From Octopus sinensis (Eukaryota), in NCBI RefSeq assembly GCF_006345805.1, contig NW_021824020.1, positions 1 to 26,275 of the forward strand: DNA of 26,275 bases. The letters are read 5' to 3'. Numbering within the stretch: position 1 is the first letter of the stretch; each line of letters begins with the position of its first letter. Under the pieces are notes generated by a model. The model saw only the letters and a program-made list of their open reading frames with translations, searched no databases and had not been told where the DNA came from. Positions 23,067 through 26,275 of this stretch are shown here, piece by piece. The position numbers and the translations under genes are program-made.

Positions 23067-23534
23067 TTAAATGCTTTTCAAGTCATTCCCATCCCATTTA
23101 TCAACAGGATGTATGATTATATTATCAAATATGCATTGTCTTATTCAAGATGCTAAAGTGTAACTTGAGGGAGGATTTAGCTGCTATTTTAGTAGGGCGA
23201 GAGTCGACATAAAGGCTTCATTTTTGGTTGAGCTCACTGACATTTGTCTCCAGAGTTCAGGTTCATGGATTGGCAGGAGAATTTCCTGGTGGTATCTGTC
23301 CTGAAATTTTGCGTTCTGCGTTCGAATTCCATTGAGGGACAGATGACCAACGCTGACCACCCAATTCTTGGAGGATCGAGTCTAATGCGAATCCGAAACT
23401 GATAAACATAGACAGATCGGCACAGATTCAATATAGGAAAACTGAGAACGACCTGGCACCTAGAATGTCGTCAGGCGCTCACAGCCCTCTACCGATGGAA
23501 TCGGTAGATGTTCCGCTTTAGAAATTTATAGAAG

Positions 23535-23563
23535 ACTAGCAGAGGTACCCGGCGTTGCTCGGG
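23535..23563 (+). mobile_element. Possible Helitron/Helentron-like non-autonomous element terminus
   Basis: ACTAGCAGAGGTACCCGGCGTTGCTCGGG resembles the actag...cccgg(N)cggg subterminal hairpin of such elements; the other end was not found. Confidence 0.3.
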
Positions 23564-23769
23564 ATTAAGATAGCATAGTTTGTATATGATATATTACAAT
23601 TATGTTGAAACAGGTGATACAGGAAAGTGCAGCATTGACGACAAAACTTTTGTGGAGTAAATGTTAAAGCTTTGCATAAACGACAATTTGAGTTTAGCAC
23701 ACCAATTTGGACAGAGCTATCATTTTTATAAGAATGGGATGGACCATATCTGAAAGCAGCTCCAGGTAT

Positions 23770-24021
23770 TATGAAGAGAGTCCAGTTTGCTGGACATTGT
23801 TGTAGAGCTGAAAAAGAAGTAATTTCTACTCTTCTCCTCTGGAAGCCATCTACTCGCAACACCAGAGGGCGCACACTCTCCTACCCTGATGTAATCTCCA
23901 GGGATACAGGCATCCAGCAACAGGACCTCCGTAATGCTATGATGGACCGTGAAGTCTGGCGCAACATAGTAAATTCCATTGTCTCGACCACGGTCGAACA
24001 ATGATGATGATGATGATGATT
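23770..24021 (+). mobile_element. 5'-truncated RTE-type LINE 3' end with (TGA)n tail
   Basis: RVQFAGHCCRAEKEVISTLLLWKP...RGRTLSYPDVISRDTG...DLRNAMMDREVWRNIV* fits the RTE ORF C-terminus (GH..R...W.P...RGR...D......DR..WR); the stop runs directly into (TGA)n. Confidence 0.8.
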
Positions 24022-24381
24022 ATGAAGAACGAATTTGTACGTGGTCTGTTTCGGAGAGCTTTTTCCATTAGACCTCTGTGTAATCTACTGCATCGTGCCA
24101 TTGGAGATCTTGAGAAAGGCTCATATTCCTTCTCTCTTGAGACTGTATTTGACATGCTGCAGTATGCATTTAGTGATCTTTGGCAAGTGTTATGTTCCTA
24201 CTGCATTGAGACACCATCTGACCTGCTGCAGCATACCTTTGCTGATGAGAAAGTTTCATATCCCTTATCGCTTAGGTTCTCTGCACTCTTTACTTCATAG
24301 GTGTTTCTAGAAAGATTAAATGTTTTCTTTGGTGACATATTTTTTCAATATTTTAAACAAAAAATTATCTACAAATTATCT

Positions 24382-24597
24382 AGGCACAGGAGTGGCTGTG
24401 TGCTAAGTAGCTTGCTAACCAACCACATGGTTCCGGGTTCAGTCCCACTGCGTGGCATCTTGGGCAAGTGTCTTCTGCTATAGCCCCGGGCTGACCAATG
24501 CCTTGTGAGTGAATTTGGTAGACGGAAACTGAAAGAAGCCTGTCGTATATAGGTATATATATATATATATATATAATAATATATATAATATATATAT

Positions 24598-24632
<35 letters not shown>

Positions 24633-24863
24633 GTGTTGTATATGTTTGTGTGTCTGTGTTTGTCCCCCTAGCATTGCTGACAAACTGATGCTGGTGTGGT
24701 TTACGTCCCTGTCACTTAGCGGTTCGGCAAAAGAGACCGATAGAATAAGTACTGGGCTTACAAAGAATAAGTCCCGGGGTCGATTTGCTCGACTAAAGGC
24801 GGTGCTCCAGCATGGCCGCAGTCAAATGACTGAAACAAGTAAAAGAGTAAAAGAGTAAAGAGT
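24382..24863 (+). mobile_element. SINE family 1, full length (tRNA-derived head, internal microsatellite, (GTAAAAGA)n tail)
   Basis: A-box-like tggctgtgtgctaag and B-box-like ggttcagtccc; homologous to about 9 other copies in the window. Confidence 0.92.
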
Positions 24864-25084
24864 GCATAGAAAAAAATATACATTAATCTTTATTTTTGCA
24901 AGCAATTCCATGTCTATATTTTTGTATGTAGTGTAAAGTAACCAAATGTAAGTGATACTTGGCTGATATTTCTAACTGACCACTCGACCACATACAACTT
25001 CCCACGTAATGTGAATGCATTGTGTTTGTGTATGTGTATGTGTGTGTGTGAGAGAGAAGGAGAACGAGAGGCAGCAGGAGCGAA

Positions 25085-25116
<32 letters not shown>

Positions 25117-25127
25117 CGTGCAGTGTG

Positions 25128-25179
<52 letters not shown>

Positions 25180-25554
25180 TCTGTGTGTGTGTGTGTGTGT
25201 GATAGCATCACTGTTCCAGGAATGTCTGCATCCCTCTAACGTGGCAAGTGTCTTATATCGTATGATAAGAAACTTGAGAACAATTTCACTGTGAATTTAA
25301 AATGTTGGTTAGAAATAATTATCAGTCTTCCATCTTTGAGTATCTAATAGGACTTACAAGGTATCTTATTGTTTGTAGCAACCTCAGTGTTCATTGTCTC
25401 ATTTATAACTTTACATTATTATATATCAGTGAAATCTTGCATAGGACATGTAGGTGTCGGAGAATATTGTATTGTTTGATATCCTACTTGTAAATTGAAC
25501 AAAACTAACATACGTTGCTTCGTAGTGTAGCGTAATGAATGAATCCGATAAAAG

Positions 25555-25715
25555 CTGCAACAAGGACGATGACGAAACACAACAACAACAACAACAACAC
25601 AACAACAACACAGCGTTAATAATGATGATGATGACGATGATGATGATGATGATGATGACCACGATGACGACGACGGTGACGGTGGTGGTGATGATGATGA
25701 TTATGACAATTATAA
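25555..25715. repeat. (CAA)n/(GAT)n/(GAC)n trinucleotide cluster
   Basis: Directly visible. Confidence 0.92.
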
Positions 25716-25734
25716 TAATCTTGGCACATTGGGC

Positions 25735-26157
25735 AAGTATAGACACAAGATCTGAAATTTGGGGGAAGGGATTAAGTCGATTTCATCGACCCCAGTGCGT
25801 AACTGGTATTTAATTTATCGACTCTGAAAGGATGAAACGCAAAGTCGACCTCGGCGGAATTTGAACCCAGAACGAAGCGACGGGCGAAATACCGCTAAGC
25901 ATTTCGTCCAGCGTGCTATCTTTTCTTATTTCTTTTTCTGCCTACAAGGGGCTACAAACAGAGGGGGAAAAACAAGGACAGACAAACGGATTAAATCGAT
26001 TATATCGACCCCACTTCGTAACTGTTACTTATTTAATCGACCTCGAAAGGATGAAAGGCAAAGTCGGCCTCGGCGGAATTTGAACTCAGAACGTAACGGC
26101 AGACGAAATACTTGTAAGCATTTCGTCCAACGTGCTAACGTTTCTGCCAGCTCGCCG
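25735..26157 (-). mobile_element. Two tandem copies of SINE family 3 (about 25735-25917, head-truncated, and 25920-26157)
   Basis: Duplicated block gattaa.tcgatt..atcgacccc...aaggatgaaa.gcaaagtcg.cctcggcggaatttgaac.cagaacg; minus-strand head ggcgagctggcagaaacgttagc...gagttcaaattcc. Confidence 0.85.
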
Positions 26158-26275
26158 CATTTCGGCAAGAAATGGAAACAAAATTGAAAGAAGATAATGA
26201 TAATAATAACAACAACGAAAACGACGATGATGAAGACAACAACAACAACAACAATATTTATGATGCTGAATGTAC

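Noticed and set aside
24382-24460. tRNA genes in SINE heads
   Set aside because: Only A/B-box-like remnants are present, without a complete cloverleaf, and each is attached to a SINE body.

Overview
AT-rich, repeat-saturated eukaryotic non-coding DNA. The SINE families and microsatellite landscape look like an octopus/cephalopod genome; this is an inference from recognition, not a database match. I find no intact protein-coding gene, and almost all ORFs in the supplied track come from microsatellites or antisense reading of SINEs. Contents: about 10 copies or fragments of one tRNA-derived SINE, two further SINE families, two 3' fragments of a Tx1/L1-type LINE sitting in (TATC)n tracts, decayed L2/CR1-like, RTE-like and mariner remnants, a piggyBac-type MITE, and a young 113/187-bp higher-order tandem array. 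The most striking signal is absent from the ORF track: a set of type I hammerhead ribozyme (HHR) motifs. Two are essentially intact (15906-16008 +, 16215-16304 -). Both have palindromic stem III and an unusually long, structured stem II extension, and they point toward each other across one (TA)n tract. A diverged 330-360-bp tandem repeat (about 7980-9510) carries one minus-strand HHR motif per unit, resembling a fossil retrozyme or Penelope pLTR array. Further decayed HHR motifs lie at 5057-5094, 9508-9563, 19343-19374 and 2361-2375.
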